The position numbers were made by a program, and so were the translations under genes. From a virus: a DNA stretch of 64,000 bases. The stretch lies in IMG/VR virus record IMGVR_UViG_3300044508_000033; one strand, given 5' to 3'. This document shows positions 37,365 through 46,475 of this stretch, in pieces (position 1 is the first letter of the stretch; each line of letters begins with the position of its first letter). Under the pieces are notes generated by a model. That model saw nothing but the letters and a program-made list of their open reading frames with translations. It made no database searches and was not told the DNA's origin.

Positions 37365-37546
37365 ACCGCGTGAAATGCGCTGTTTGTGGGCGAGTCCTAC
37401 TCGCGCGACCGGGGCACAACAACCCGATGCCGTACAGACACCTCCCGCCGAACGAGCTGGGAGCCCAACCTGCGGGCGAAGGCGGCGGCTGGTTGGGCGG
37501 TGGGAGATGGTGCCAAGGATCGTTCATGGTCGGAGAAGCCGCATGA
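37361..37546 (+). CDS. Small Zn-binding protein
   Basis: CAVC...H...WCQGS; ATGA overlap. Confidence 0.55.
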   Translation: MNRVKCAVCGRVLLARPGHNNPMPYRHLPPNELGAQPAGEGGGWLGGGRWCQGSFMVGEAA

Positions 37547-37806
37547 TGGATGCGATACGTCGCTACGTCGTGTACGGGGAGTGGTTCGATGCTCGAGACG
37601 AGTACCCGTGCGTTCACATCGAAGCCGAGAACGCTACCGATGCGCTCGTTCTAGGTGGTCTCGCCCTCGGAGCTACGCTACCTCTGCGCCTCTACGCGGA
37701 ATGCGGCGTTGCTAGGCGCGCGGAACGGCGCGATCGTGTTCACATCATCGTCATGTGGGATGAGAAGAAACACGGCGCATGGTCGCCGTACAGAGGTCCG
37801 GCGTGA
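37543..37806 (+). CDS. Hypothetical protein
   Basis: ATGA overlap. Confidence 0.55.
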   Translation: MMDAIRRYVVYGEWFDARDEYPCVHIEAENATDALVLGGLALGATLPLRLYAECGVARRAERRDRVHIIVMWDEKKHGAWSPYRGPA

Positions 37807-38231
37807 AACAGAGAAAGACAATCAGGCAGCGTCTTGCAGACATCTGGCGCGCACTGAAGTGGTGGTGGACAGGCGGTGTTCTCAGCGCGCGTCTCTCCGA
37901 CGCCGGGTCCGAAGAGTACATCGAGTCTCGAAAAGCCATCGCCCGCGTCGTGACGCAAGGCCCGTTCGCGCCCGACTGCGTATCGGCGTGTGTGATCCGC
38001 GGCGGACACACGATTCTTCTCCGGCACGACAGCGCAACGGAAGCCTTCATCGGCAAGGATTACGAGCACGCGGCCAACAAGGCGATCGAGTGGATCCAGC
38101 GCCAAGGCGCCGAAGTCAACACGCGCAAGACCTCGAATGTGAGCTACGCAGGCTTGAAACGCTTCGGTTTGGCGCAGCGTAAGTTCTCGGACGAAGCCAG
38201 GCGCCGGAGCAAGAAGAAGAGGAGGAAGTAA
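37803..38231 (+). CDS. Hypothetical protein with basic tail
   Basis: GTGA overlap. Confidence 0.6.
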   Translation: MKQRKTIRQRLADIWRALKWWWTGGVLSARLSDAGSEEYIESRKAIARVVTQGPFAPDCVSACVIRGGHTILLRHDSATEAFIGKDYEHAANKAIEWIQRQGAEVNTRKTSNVSYAGLKRFGLAQRKFSDEARRRSKKKRRK

Positions 38232-38672
38232 ATGAGCCGCTACAAGATCGCTTTGAGATGGGCGGAGCACAACTTGAAGAGGTTGCAAGAGGCGCGCGGA
38301 GCATTCGGACGTCAGACCGAAGACGAGGCCATGTTCGAGAACATCCACTCCGCGCTGTTCTTCGTTAGCGAGTTGCTACCGAAGCGTGTGCAACTGCTCC
38401 AAGAACACGACAGACATTGGTCCGTTGTGCTCGGAGACAACATGTCCGTTCCGATCGACAACCTGCACATCGAGGTTCGCCCCGGCGGACGTCATCGAGT
38501 CGTGTTCGATGTCCGTGAAGAGACAGCCGACGGGTTGAGGTCTCGGTTCGAGGTTCCGCACGTCCCGGCCGCGATCGAAGCGAGCGACGCCATCGTTCGT
38601 GCAACCCACGCTCTCGCAGGGTCCGCGATCGAGATGACGCACGTTCTGAAAAAGCTCGCCGAAAAGCTCTGA
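38232..38672 (+). CDS. Hypothetical protein
   Basis: GAGGAGG RBS. Confidence 0.65.
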   Translation: MSRYKIALRWAEHNLKRLQEARGAFGRQTEDEAMFENIHSALFFVSELLPKRVQLLQEHDRHWSVVLGDNMSVPIDNLHIEVRPGGRHRVVFDVREETADGLRSRFEVPHVPAAIEASDAIVRATHALAGSAIEMTHVLKKLAEKL

Positions 38673-38675
38673 AAG

Positions 38676-38939
38676 ATGGGCGCCAACAACGGGACAGGGC
38701 AGCCGTACTACTTCTACTGCGCTAAATGCAGGCGTGCTTGGCGGTTCCGTGAGACCTACAAGGGGCGCAACCTCGAAGTCACAGGTGAGAAGAGGTCGTT
38801 GACCCAAGCGCAGATGGGACACGGAGGCGCTCGAGTCTTGCAGGAAAGGTACAAGTACCGCTGTCTCGACTGCGGACACACGGGGTGGTCCCGCCACCGG
38901 GACATGTTGTGGTTCTTGAACAGAGGGAAAGCGAAATGA
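38676..38939 (+). CDS. Zn-ribbon protein
   Basis: CAKC...CLDCGHTGWSRH. Confidence 0.65.
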   Translation: MGANNGTGQPYYFYCAKCRRAWRFRETYKGRNLEVTGEKRSLTQAQMGHGGARVLQERYKYRCLDCGHTGWSRHRDMLWFLNRGKAK

Positions 38940-39346
38940 GTTTGGTTGTCGAAACGAAGAAGCGCATCTACGTCGCAGGCCCGCTCTACGGCTCCGGCCA
39001 TGTCGACGAGAACGTCAAGGCGGCCCTGCTCATCGCAGAGCGCTTGCGGGAGCGCGGCTTCATCCCGTTCGTTCCGCACCTCTTCATGTTCTGGCACTTC
39101 CGGCACGAGCATCCGCCGAGCTATTGGCTCGAGATGGACGAGGTGTGGCTGCGTTGCTGCCACGGGATGATCTTGCGGGACGGCGAATCTCCGGGCGCGA
39201 TGAAAGAAGTTATCTGGGCCAACGGCGCACACATCCCGATCACGCACACGGCGAGCAACCTCTCCGACCTCGACACCGCCATCGACTTGCTCTCGGGCAT
39301 CCTCGAAGGCCGCGGCGTGGCGGCGAATCTGACCGGCGGGGTCTGA
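38936..39346 (+). CDS. Nucleoside 2-deoxyribosyltransferase-fold protein (DUF4406/DUF1937-like)
   Basis: RIYVAGP, PFVPH, WL..C, GESPGA..E...A. Confidence 0.75.
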   Translation: MSLVVETKKRIYVAGPLYGSGHVDENVKAALLIAERLRERGFIPFVPHLFMFWHFRHEHPPSYWLEMDEVWLRCCHGMILRDGESPGAMKEVIWANGAHIPITHTASNLSDLDTAIDLLSGILEGRGVAANLTGGV

Positions 39347-39937
39347 GTGGGGTACAACGACTTCGGCCGTGAGCGCGACCCTTCGCAGAAACGCGCAGAG
39401 AAGACGGACTTCATCACGCCGAAGGAGTGTCGCGATCTGCTCTTGCAGCTCGGGCCGTTGAAGCTCGACGCGGCAACGAGCGCACACAACGCGATGGGCG
39501 CCGAGCAGTTCTACACCAAGCGCGTCAGCGGCCTCGTGCAGAGCTGGGAGTGCGGAGGTCTCGTTTGGTGCAACTGGCCGTGGTCTCGCACGGACTCTCC
39601 GATCTGGGTCGATCGCATCGTCGACCAAGGCTCGCGCATCCGTCAGAACAACACGGGGGAGCTTGTGACGCTCGGGCCGTGCAAGACGGATACGGCGTGG
39701 TTCAGGACGCTGCTTGCAGCCGCCGACGCGATCTACTTCTGGAAGGGTCGCATGTGCTTCATCGACCCCGATACGATGCAGCCGATCCTTGCTTGGAACA
39801 AAAAACTGAAGAAGTGGGAAGTGACGCCCGTCATGGTTCCGCTTCAGCTCGCGTACTTCGGTCGCAGGGTCGAGCGTTTCATCGAGGTTTTCGAGCAGCA
39901 GGGCGGTAAGGGCGTCGACCTCAGAAAGCTGCGCTGA
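39347..39937 (+). CDS. Phage Dam-family N6-adenine methyltransferase-like protein
   Basis: TP, LDAA..AHNA, GL..SW...VWCNWPWS, KTDTAWF, KGRM.F. Confidence 0.75.
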   Translation: MGYNDFGRERDPSQKRAEKTDFITPKECRDLLLQLGPLKLDAATSAHNAMGAEQFYTKRVSGLVQSWECGGLVWCNWPWSRTDSPIWVDRIVDQGSRIRQNNTGELVTLGPCKTDTAWFRTLLAAADAIYFWKGRMCFIDPDTMQPILAWNKKLKKWEVTPVMVPLQLAYFGRRVERFIEVFEQQGGKGVDLRKLR

Positions 39938-39996
39938 CCACATTGCGTTCAGCAAGGTTTTTGGCAGACAATCACAGACCTCTGGAGGGACAGATC

Positions 39997-40257
39997 ATGG
40001 GTGATTCCGACATCAAGCTCAAGAAGTTGGCGAGCCTCGTCGATGGCGACGATGTCGACGACGTCGAAGACGAAGACGAAGAGGACGAGAGCGAAGAACA
40101 GAAGGAGCTTCGCAAGAACGTCGACATCATCTTGCGTCAGACCGCGCGTCTGACCGGAGAGAACCTGTTCGACATGCAGTATTTGCTCGAAGCGTGCTGC
40201 GCCGACATCCGCGAGCAGATCGAGGGGCTCTTCGAGGAGGAAGACGATGAGCACTGA
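39997..40257 (+). CDS. Small acidic protein
   Basis: GGAGG RBS; D/E-rich. Confidence 0.65.
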   Translation: MGDSDIKLKKLASLVDGDDVDDVEDEDEEDESEEQKELRKNVDIILRQTARLTGENLFDMQYLLEACCADIREQIEGLFEEEDDEH

Positions 40258-40831
40258 GCGCGAGTTCGGAGACCCGCAAACGGTCGAGCTTGTGCTCGAC
40301 CGTCTCTGCCGCACGTTCGAGATCCCGAGAGGCGACGCGAAGACGATCGAAGAGTTCGAAAACCGTTTGCGAGCGCGTGTCGAGATCGCGCTTCAGACAG
40401 AGAGGCACACAGGCGCGGTTCAGACAGCGGTCTTGCGTGGTATGGAGGCTCCTCCTAAGCGCGCCGTGTTCGACGCGTACCCCGAGAGCCCGTCTCTGGC
40501 GGAGGCGCTCTCGGCCGAAGGTGCTGTCAAGCTCTTGAAGGACAACATCCCGCTCGACCTCCTCGTCAGCGCGCCGTCGTCTCTTCAGATCCTCGAGGAG
40601 TGTCTCATCCTTGCCCGCTTCCTCATGGGCAAGAACAAGGCGTACGGAGACAGCGCGCTCAAGCCTGTCCGCTACTTCAGCACAGCAGACGAAGTCGAAC
40701 AGATCAGGGTCCGCATGGACGACAAGTTGAGTCGCATGCTACGCGGACATTCGGCCGGAGAGAACCCTGCGGAGGATTTCGTCGGCTACTACATCCTGCT
40801 CCAGATCGCAGAGAAGAGAGGTGAGACGTGA
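40247..40831 (+). CDS. DUF1599 / nucleotide-modification-associated domain 1 protein
   Basis: KNKAYGDSA..P...FS......IRVRMDDKLSR...DFVGYYIL. Confidence 0.75.
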   Translation: MSTEREFGDPQTVELVLDRLCRTFEIPRGDAKTIEEFENRLRARVEIALQTERHTGAVQTAVLRGMEAPPKRAVFDAYPESPSLAEALSAEGAVKLLKDNIPLDLLVSAPSSLQILEECLILARFLMGKNKAYGDSALKPVRYFSTADEVEQIRVRMDDKLSRMLRGHSAGENPAEDFVGYYILLQIAEKRGET

Positions 40832-41193
40832 TCGAAAACATCGAACCCTTGATCGCACGCCTCGAAGAGGCGCTCGTGATGCTCTCGGACGAAGACCAAG
40901 TCTTCGTCAACAGCAGTCGCATGGCGTTCGAGCTGGGGGCGCTGACGCCGAATGACATCCGGCGCCTTCAACAGCTCGCAGCCAAGCTCCAGCTCGCCGA
41001 GCACAACAACCTCGGCGAAGGCCCAGCGCTCACGCTCAAGAAGGTCTTGGCGGACCTGGCGACGGCGGACAAGATGCTGTCTCGCGAAGAGCGCACCTTC
41101 GTTCAGCAGATCATCGCCGCGCTCCGCGTTCGGAAACTGAACCTCGACGAGACGGAGGCGCTTCTCCGCCTGCACGCTCGGCAGGGGTTCTAG
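40828..41193 (+). CDS. Helical protein with internal duplication
   Basis: LSDEDQVFV resembles LSREERTFV. Confidence 0.65.
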   Translation: MIENIEPLIARLEEALVMLSDEDQVFVNSSRMAFELGALTPNDIRRLQQLAAKLQLAEHNNLGEGPALTLKKVLADLATADKMLSREERTFVQQIIAALRVRKLNLDETEALLRLHARQGF

Positions 41194-41583
41194 GTGGACC
41201 TCGCACGGCTCGGCGTCGACACGTTGAAGCTCGCCCGTAAATGGGCGGCTGCACGTATCGCTCTCCGAAGAACGCTCGACAGCAAGACCGCCTCCGCTGC
41301 GGAGGCAAGCAAAGCGAAGCTCGACTACAAGAGCGCATCGGACGCTTTGGAGAAGCAGGTATTGCTCCTCGACAAGACGCTCCGACAACACGGTGTTGGT
41401 GGGAAAAAGAACCCGCAGCCGTTTCCGTGGAAAGACTTGATCGGCCTTGTCGCAACTGGAGCGCGGGCTCTCGAGGGTGCTCTGGGAGAGACGAAGACGC
41501 CGCGACCCAGCGTCGCAAAACAAGACCTGGATGAGTACGTCGTCGCAGAGGTCGTGGACGTAACACCGAAGAAGAAGGGGTAG
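41194..41583 (+). CDS. Hypothetical protein
   Basis: Abuts the previous stop. Confidence 0.6.
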   Translation: MDLARLGVDTLKLARKWAAARIALRRTLDSKTASAAEASKAKLDYKSASDALEKQVLLLDKTLRQHGVGGKKNPQPFPWKDLIGLVATGARALEGALGETKTPRPSVAKQDLDEYVVAEVVDVTPKKKG

Positions 41584-41587
41584 AATC

Positions 41588-42091
41588 ATGTCATTCAACG
41601 TTGCAGTCAATACGCGGTCGAACGGCGGAACGGTATTCATCGCTGCGCTCAAGACGCGTGAAGAGGCCGAGCGCGTCGTGATCGAAGCGCTCCGGCGCAA
41701 GGCGTTCCGGCACGGACCTTTTTCTTGCATCCTCGGAGTCGGGTGCGCGATCTCGGTCATCGACACAGAGTCGAACGCGTCGCCCGCCGTCCTCGACGCA
41801 CAGACGCCGTTCTACGTCTTGGTCGGCGTTTCCGACAACGGCGTCACGCTCAATGCCAAGTCGGCGGAAGCAGCCTCGGACATCATCACGCACGCGATCG
41901 ACCGCGGTTTCGTCGAGCACGAAATCTCGCTCTCGGAGAAGGTCTACATCTGCGTCGGGCCGGAGACGACGTTCATGATCATGTCGGCCGAAGAGATGCG
42001 CAACGCGAAGAGCTTGGCGCAGAAGATGGCCGCCGCAGAGGCGGCTCAGAGGGCGATCCCCGACGTCCCGAAGAAGATCATCCTCTCCTGA
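41588..42091 (+). CDS. Hypothetical protein with two similar halves
   Basis: FNVAV..SNG...EEA resembles FYVLV..SDNG...EAA. Confidence 0.65.
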   Translation: MSFNVAVNTRSNGGTVFIAALKTREEAERVVIEALRRKAFRHGPFSCILGVGCAISVIDTESNASPAVLDAQTPFYVLVGVSDNGVTLNAKSAEAASDIITHAIDRGFVEHEISLSEKVYICVGPETTFMIMSAEEMRNAKSLAQKMAAAEAAQRAIPDVPKKIILS

Positions 42092-42133
42092 CCTCTGTGG
42101 CCCACGCCCCGCAAGACGTTGTACCCTTGCGGG

Positions 42134-42502
42134 ATGCTCGGTCACATCGAAAAGCGTTTTCGCATCATCCTCGGTAAACCCGACGCCCAAAACTACACGA
42201 CGGTGACGGGCGTGGTCGTAGGGCGTTTCGGGGTACACGAAGCACATCGGCAAGAAGACGGCTGGTCCGTGACGCACCTCCCGACGGGCCTGAACATGAT
42301 CTATGCCGAGTCGTTTTCGCAGGCCATGATCCTCGCAGACGACTTCTCCCGCTTCAGCAAGAAGGACCCCTCGTCACGAGATCGACGTAGGGTCAAAGAG
42401 CAGCTCGGCCCGGATGTGTGTGCGTGGGGGTCGTACATGCGAAAAACCGGCAACAGGGTCTCGTTCCGGCAGTGGCAGACCCTCGTTCAGAAGGAGACCT
42501 GA
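42134..42502 (+). CDS. Hypothetical protein
   Basis: WSVTHLPTG motif common in phage proteins. Confidence 0.6.
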   Translation: MLGHIEKRFRIILGKPDAQNYTTVTGVVVGRFGVHEAHRQEDGWSVTHLPTGLNMIYAESFSQAMILADDFSRFSKKDPSSRDRRRVKEQLGPDVCAWGSYMRKTGNRVSFRQWQTLVQKET

Positions 42503-42503
42503 G

Positions 42504-43115
42504 ATGCCCCTCAACCGCCCCCCGCAGCGTCACCCACGCCCTGAACAGGATGGCCGCCCGGCAGGGGCTCTGCCGCAGCCGGAAGCCGCCGCAGAGCCTG
42601 TAGCGCGCCCAGCGGCACCTCTCTCGCACGAGGATCGTCTGCGCCTCTTCGGAGAGTTCCGCTTCGAGGCGAAACCACTGCCGAACAACCCCGAGAACAT
42701 CGAGGTGCTTGACGGCTGGAACAAGCGGAACATCGTGCCGGTGCGGCTCCCTCTCAACGGGCGCACGGCCTGGGTCCACAGGCTCATCGAGACGCAGTTT
42801 CGTGGGTTGTGGCAGGACTGGGTCGACGCCGGGCTCCTCGACCGCGTGTTGACCTTCAACGGCGCCTACGTCGCCCGGTACAAGCGCGGTCGTTCCGGCG
42901 ACGACGAGAACCTCAGCAACCACGCCTGGGGCACGGCCTTCGACATCAACGCCGCGTGGAACCCGCTGGGCAAGCCGCCCGCTCCGATCGGCACGAAGGG
43001 GTCTGTCCTCGAGCTTGTCCCTTTCGCCGAGAAACGCGGTTTCGTATGGGGCGGCAGCTTCAAGGGCGGCCGTGTCGACGCGATGCACTTCGAGGCGTTC
43101 AAGGTGATTCCGTGA
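42504..43115 (+). CDS. M15-family peptidoglycan peptidase (putative endolysin)
   Basis: LSNHAWGTAFDIN, WGG, DAMHFE; AAGGAG RBS. Confidence 0.88.
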   Translation: MPLNRPPQRHPRPEQDGRPAGALPQPEAAAEPVARPAAPLSHEDRLRLFGEFRFEAKPLPNNPENIEVLDGWNKRNIVPVRLPLNGRTAWVHRLIETQFRGLWQDWVDAGLLDRVLTFNGAYVARYKRGRSGDDENLSNHAWGTAFDINAAWNPLGKPPAPIGTKGSVLELVPFAEKRGFVWGGSFKGGRVDAMHFEAFKVIP

Positions 43116-43576
43116 TCGCGGTCCCTCTGCCGATTGTTGTCGCGTTGTGCCTCATCAGCGCGTTTATGGCGGCGTTCGCCGTGCTGTGCCTACTGCCGCA
43201 CAAGACGCGCGAGTTTCTCGACGCCTACGAGGCTTTACAGAGCATGCACAGAACGGCGACGAGAGCTGTCGACGCCCTGGAGAAAGACCTCGGCAACCTC
43301 GATGCGATCATGATGCCGTTTGCGGAGATGCGGGAGATCCTCACGGAGGAGAACCCGCTGGCCCTGCTGGCTGACGGTTTCGAGGGTGCAGCCGTTGGTG
43401 TGGCCCGGCGTTGCGGACAACCCACGCTCGCCGTGTACGACGACTGCAAGGCTATCGCTCTTCTAGCCGATAAGAACGGGATGACACCTGAAGAGGCAAC
43501 TGAGTTTTTCGAGTTCAATGTCGCAGGGTCATGGAACGGCGAAAACTCTCCGATTTGGTTGTCGAGGCTGAGATGA
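43112..43576 (+). CDS. N-terminal TM segment plus conserved phage domain
   Basis: Hydrophobic N-terminus; ADGF..A.VG...VYD...EEA.EFFEFN..G. Confidence 0.7.
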   Translation: MIAVPLPIVVALCLISAFMAAFAVLCLLPHKTREFLDAYEALQSMHRTATRAVDALEKDLGNLDAIMMPFAEMREILTEENPLALLADGFEGAAVGVARRCGQPTLAVYDDCKAIALLADKNGMTPEEATEFFEFNVAGSWNGENSPIWLSRLR

Positions 43577-44508
43577 GCCTCGGAGAAACGCCTTGGGTCG
43601 ATCGCAGTTACCGCGCGTTGCGCGAGGCGCTGTTGCGTCGAGTTCCGGCGGATTGGTTGCCGCGCACCATCACGCAGAAAGAGACGCGCGGCACCGTAGG
43701 TTTCGATCCGCCTCGACCTTTTGTCGAGGTCAAGGTCTTCAAGAAGCCCGTGATCGAGGAGTACGGATGCGGCAGCTACGGCTGCGTAGCGCCTACACAT
43801 AAGCAAGGTCTCGTGTTCAAGATCACGAGCGACACCTCTGAGGCAGCGTTCGTATCTCGAGCCCGCACGCTGCCAGAGACGCTCGGCATCGTGCAGTACA
43901 AGGCGATCTACGTGACGGACCTCACACACCGAGGCAGGCCCGTGTTCGTTCTGTGGCGCTCCGAGGCGTACTCCGTCGGCGACTGGACGAAGGGCTTCCT
44001 GCAAAGACACGGCAGCGACGATTACTCGCGACAGACGGTTCGCGAAGCCTACGCTCTGCTCCATTCTTTCATGCAGTGGGCGAAAGAGGTTGCGGAGTAC
44101 GTTCGCCCGCGCCTGCGAGCGTTGAAGCGCCAGTACGACGACGCCGAGGCTGCGCAGCGCCGAGCTTTGCTCCTGACTGAGCTGTGGAAGGCGTACGAGC
44201 GCGAAGACCCGATTCAGGTTCAAGAAAGCGTTCGCTATGCCCAGAGCTTGCGTGGAGTCCGACGCATCGGTATGGCACTGCGTACGTGCCTCTACATCGC
44301 GCAAGAGTTGTCGAGCAACGCTCTTCTGTATCGAGTCGGAACGGCGCTTCAGCACTACCTGGAAGAAGGCATTCTCCTAGCCGACGTTCACGGAAACAAC
44401 ATCGGTTTGGACCACGAGAACGAAGCCATCATCACGGACCCTGGACATGCTGTGGAGTTCCATCCGCGGTGGGCGCAACCACCAAGCGTTGAGCGTTTGG
44501 AGGGCTGA
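43573..44508 (+). CDS. Protein kinase-like protein
   Basis: Gly loop YGCGSYGCV, VFKIT.D..EA, catalytic DVHGNNIG, TDPG. Confidence 0.8.
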   Translation: MSLGETPWVDRSYRALREALLRRVPADWLPRTITQKETRGTVGFDPPRPFVEVKVFKKPVIEEYGCGSYGCVAPTHKQGLVFKITSDTSEAAFVSRARTLPETLGIVQYKAIYVTDLTHRGRPVFVLWRSEAYSVGDWTKGFLQRHGSDDYSRQTVREAYALLHSFMQWAKEVAEYVRPRLRALKRQYDDAEAAQRRALLLTELWKAYEREDPIQVQESVRYAQSLRGVRRIGMALRTCLYIAQELSSNALLYRVGTALQHYLEEGILLADVHGNNIGLDHENEAIITDPGHAVEFHPRWAQPPSVERLEG

Positions 44509-44799
44509 ATGTTTGTGAGCAACTACTGCTCGCATACGACGAACGCTTCCGTCTGCATCGAGTGTTTCGGCGTGGCGCAACTCGTAGATGAGCGCGACAG
44601 GTACAAAGCGCTATCCGAGGAGTACGCCGCCAAGGTTCTCGAGCAGATGGCGCTCGTCAACGAGATGCGAGAGGTCGTGAGGCTTGCCCGGATCCTCGAG
44701 AACACGGCCGACGTAGGAGGCGAGGTCTACGAGCCTTTCCTCGACGACCTGCGGGCTGCACTCAAGGGTTGCTCGTACAAAGGAGACTCGGATGGCTAA
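44509..44799 (+). CDS. Small coiled-coil protein
   Basis: GGAGG RBS; CxH...CxxC. Confidence 0.6.
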   Translation: MFVSNYCSHTTNASVCIECFGVAQLVDERDRYKALSEEYAAKVLEQMALVNEMREVVRLARILENTADVGGEVYEPFLDDLRAALKGCSYKGDSDG

Positions 44800-45718
44800 A
44801 TACCCGACGCACACGCGTAGTGGAGACCCGCTCATCTATCATCGACTCACAGGGCTTCAGGCCAGCATGCCCGGCGGTCAAAACGCGACGATCGAAGACG
44901 TCATCGCGCTGCGAAACCGAGGAGATGTTTTGCAGTCCTACGAGGCTCGGAACGAGAGCTGTGACGCGTGGATGCACGGCCTGGATCCGATCGACGTCGT
45001 GGCAGGTGACGGAAACCTGATTTTCTGCACGCCGTACGGCCCTGTTCAAACCGCTGGCTCGTACGCAAAGCGTTTTCGCGCCCCAGGCGTCGTGTTCCGG
45101 TTGAGCGACCTGATCGCGACGGGACAACCTATCTCTGTTCGACCCGTCGACTTCCAGACCTTCTACATCGAGTTTCTGACTCTGGCAGGTCTCTCTGATG
45201 TTGTCGCTCAAATACAGAGGGACGCTGACTCTCTGCCCGGAGCTATCGACGCTCTAAGAGACCTCGGACCTATTCTTTCAAGGATTCGAGAGTACGTTGA
45301 GGTGTCGGACCCGCGTGCAGGGCTACAGATGCTAGACGCAGGCAAGAGTCCTCGAGGTCAGTGGGTCTTCAACTTCAGCACAGAGGCGGAGATTGCGTTG
45401 AGCCTCATCGAGGCCTACGCGCACTCCCTCTCGCCCTCCCCTGAAGAGACAGAGCACTTCGACGCGTGGCGCGAGCTTCTAGAGCAGGCGGCCACGAACG
45501 TCACACACCAAGGGCTCACGTCCTGGGTGACGGCGAAAAAAGAGAACGCCGAGATGTGCATCGGAGGGTCTCTCCCGCTGTCGCTCGCCGTGGCTACGTT
45601 CGACAGCAACAGCCTGCGCGTATTCGAACCCGGCGCGCTCGATGGGCTGATCCAAGGCGGTAGGCCGCAATCTATTTTGGCGTCAGCAACAGGCAACAGA
45701 CTGGAGAGACTGCGATGA
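44792..45718 (+). CDS. Hypothetical protein, possible ADP-ribosyltransferase-like fold
   Basis: AAGGAG RBS; LIYH...IFCTP...AEMCIGGSLPLS pattern (weak). Confidence 0.55.
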   Translation: MAKYPTHTRSGDPLIYHRLTGLQASMPGGQNATIEDVIALRNRGDVLQSYEARNESCDAWMHGLDPIDVVAGDGNLIFCTPYGPVQTAGSYAKRFRAPGVVFRLSDLIATGQPISVRPVDFQTFYIEFLTLAGLSDVVAQIQRDADSLPGAIDALRDLGPILSRIREYVEVSDPRAGLQMLDAGKSPRGQWVFNFSTEAEIALSLIEAYAHSLSPSPEETEHFDAWRELLEQAATNVTHQGLTSWVTAKKENAEMCIGGSLPLSLAVATFDSNSLRVFEPGALDGLIQGGRPQSILASATGNRLERLR

Positions 45719-46167
45719 TCGACGCACATCGAGTTGCAGAGAGGCTGTGGGTCGGCAGCTACCCCGGCGGCAAGACGCTTCGACACCACTTCGACGTCGT
45801 CATCTTGTGCGCGAGCGAGTTGCAACAAGCCGACGTCGACATCGACAAACTGCACGCGCCATTCGACGACAGCAGCCACCTGACCCGCGGCACGGTCGAG
45901 ATGCTTCTCGGTGTCGCTGGGCACATCAACAAGCTGCGCCAGGCAGGGAAGCGCATTCTTGTGACGTGTCAGATGGGGATCAACCGCAGCGCGTTTCTTG
46001 CGGCGATCGCCCTCATGCTCGACGGCCTGACCGCCGACGAGGCCGTGACGCTGGTTCGCGAGAAGAGAAGACCGCCCGCCGGTTGGCTCCCGCTGTCGAA
46101 CGCCACGTTCGTTCGCACGCTCGTCCTTCTCGACAGAGACCTCAAGAAGAAGCGAGCCGGGCGTTAG
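45715..46167 (+). CDS. Dual-specificity (Cys-based) protein phosphatase
   Basis: LWVGS, PFDD, CX5R motif VTCQMGINRS, N..F. Confidence 0.9.
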   Translation: MIDAHRVAERLWVGSYPGGKTLRHHFDVVILCASELQQADVDIDKLHAPFDDSSHLTRGTVEMLLGVAGHINKLRQAGKRILVTCQMGINRSAFLAAIALMLDGLTADEAVTLVREKRRPPAGWLPLSNATFVRTLVLLDRDLKKKRAGR

Positions 46168-46475
46168 CGGATGACGCTGTGCTTGATCGTCGCCATGACG
46201 AGGCAGCTACCGATGCCTGTCTGAACGAAGTTCACGGTTGCCTTCGTCTTGACGACTTTGACGAGCGTCGCACCCATCACAGTGAAGAGAGGGCCGAGCG
46301 GCACCACCTCGATGACGAGCTGGTCCGGGTTCTCTTGCACAAGGTAGCGGCGGTCGCCGTACAGGTGCGTGAGCGAGAACGAGAGGTCGAACGTGTTGTG
46401 CCCGTTCACAGGCACACCGATCTTCTGCGAGTGCAGGACGTTTCCGATGTCCAGAACGAGGTCCGGGAAAGCCAT
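46164..46475 (-). CDS. Small beta-rich protein ending KHSVIR
   Basis: GGAGG RBS; ATG 46475 overlaps the patatin stop. Confidence 0.7.
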   Translation of the reverse strand: MAFPDLVLDIGNVLHSQKIGVPVNGHNTFDLSFSLTHLYGDRRYLVQENPDQLVIEVVPLGPLFTVMGATLVKVVKTKATVNFVQTGIGSCLVMATIKHSVIR

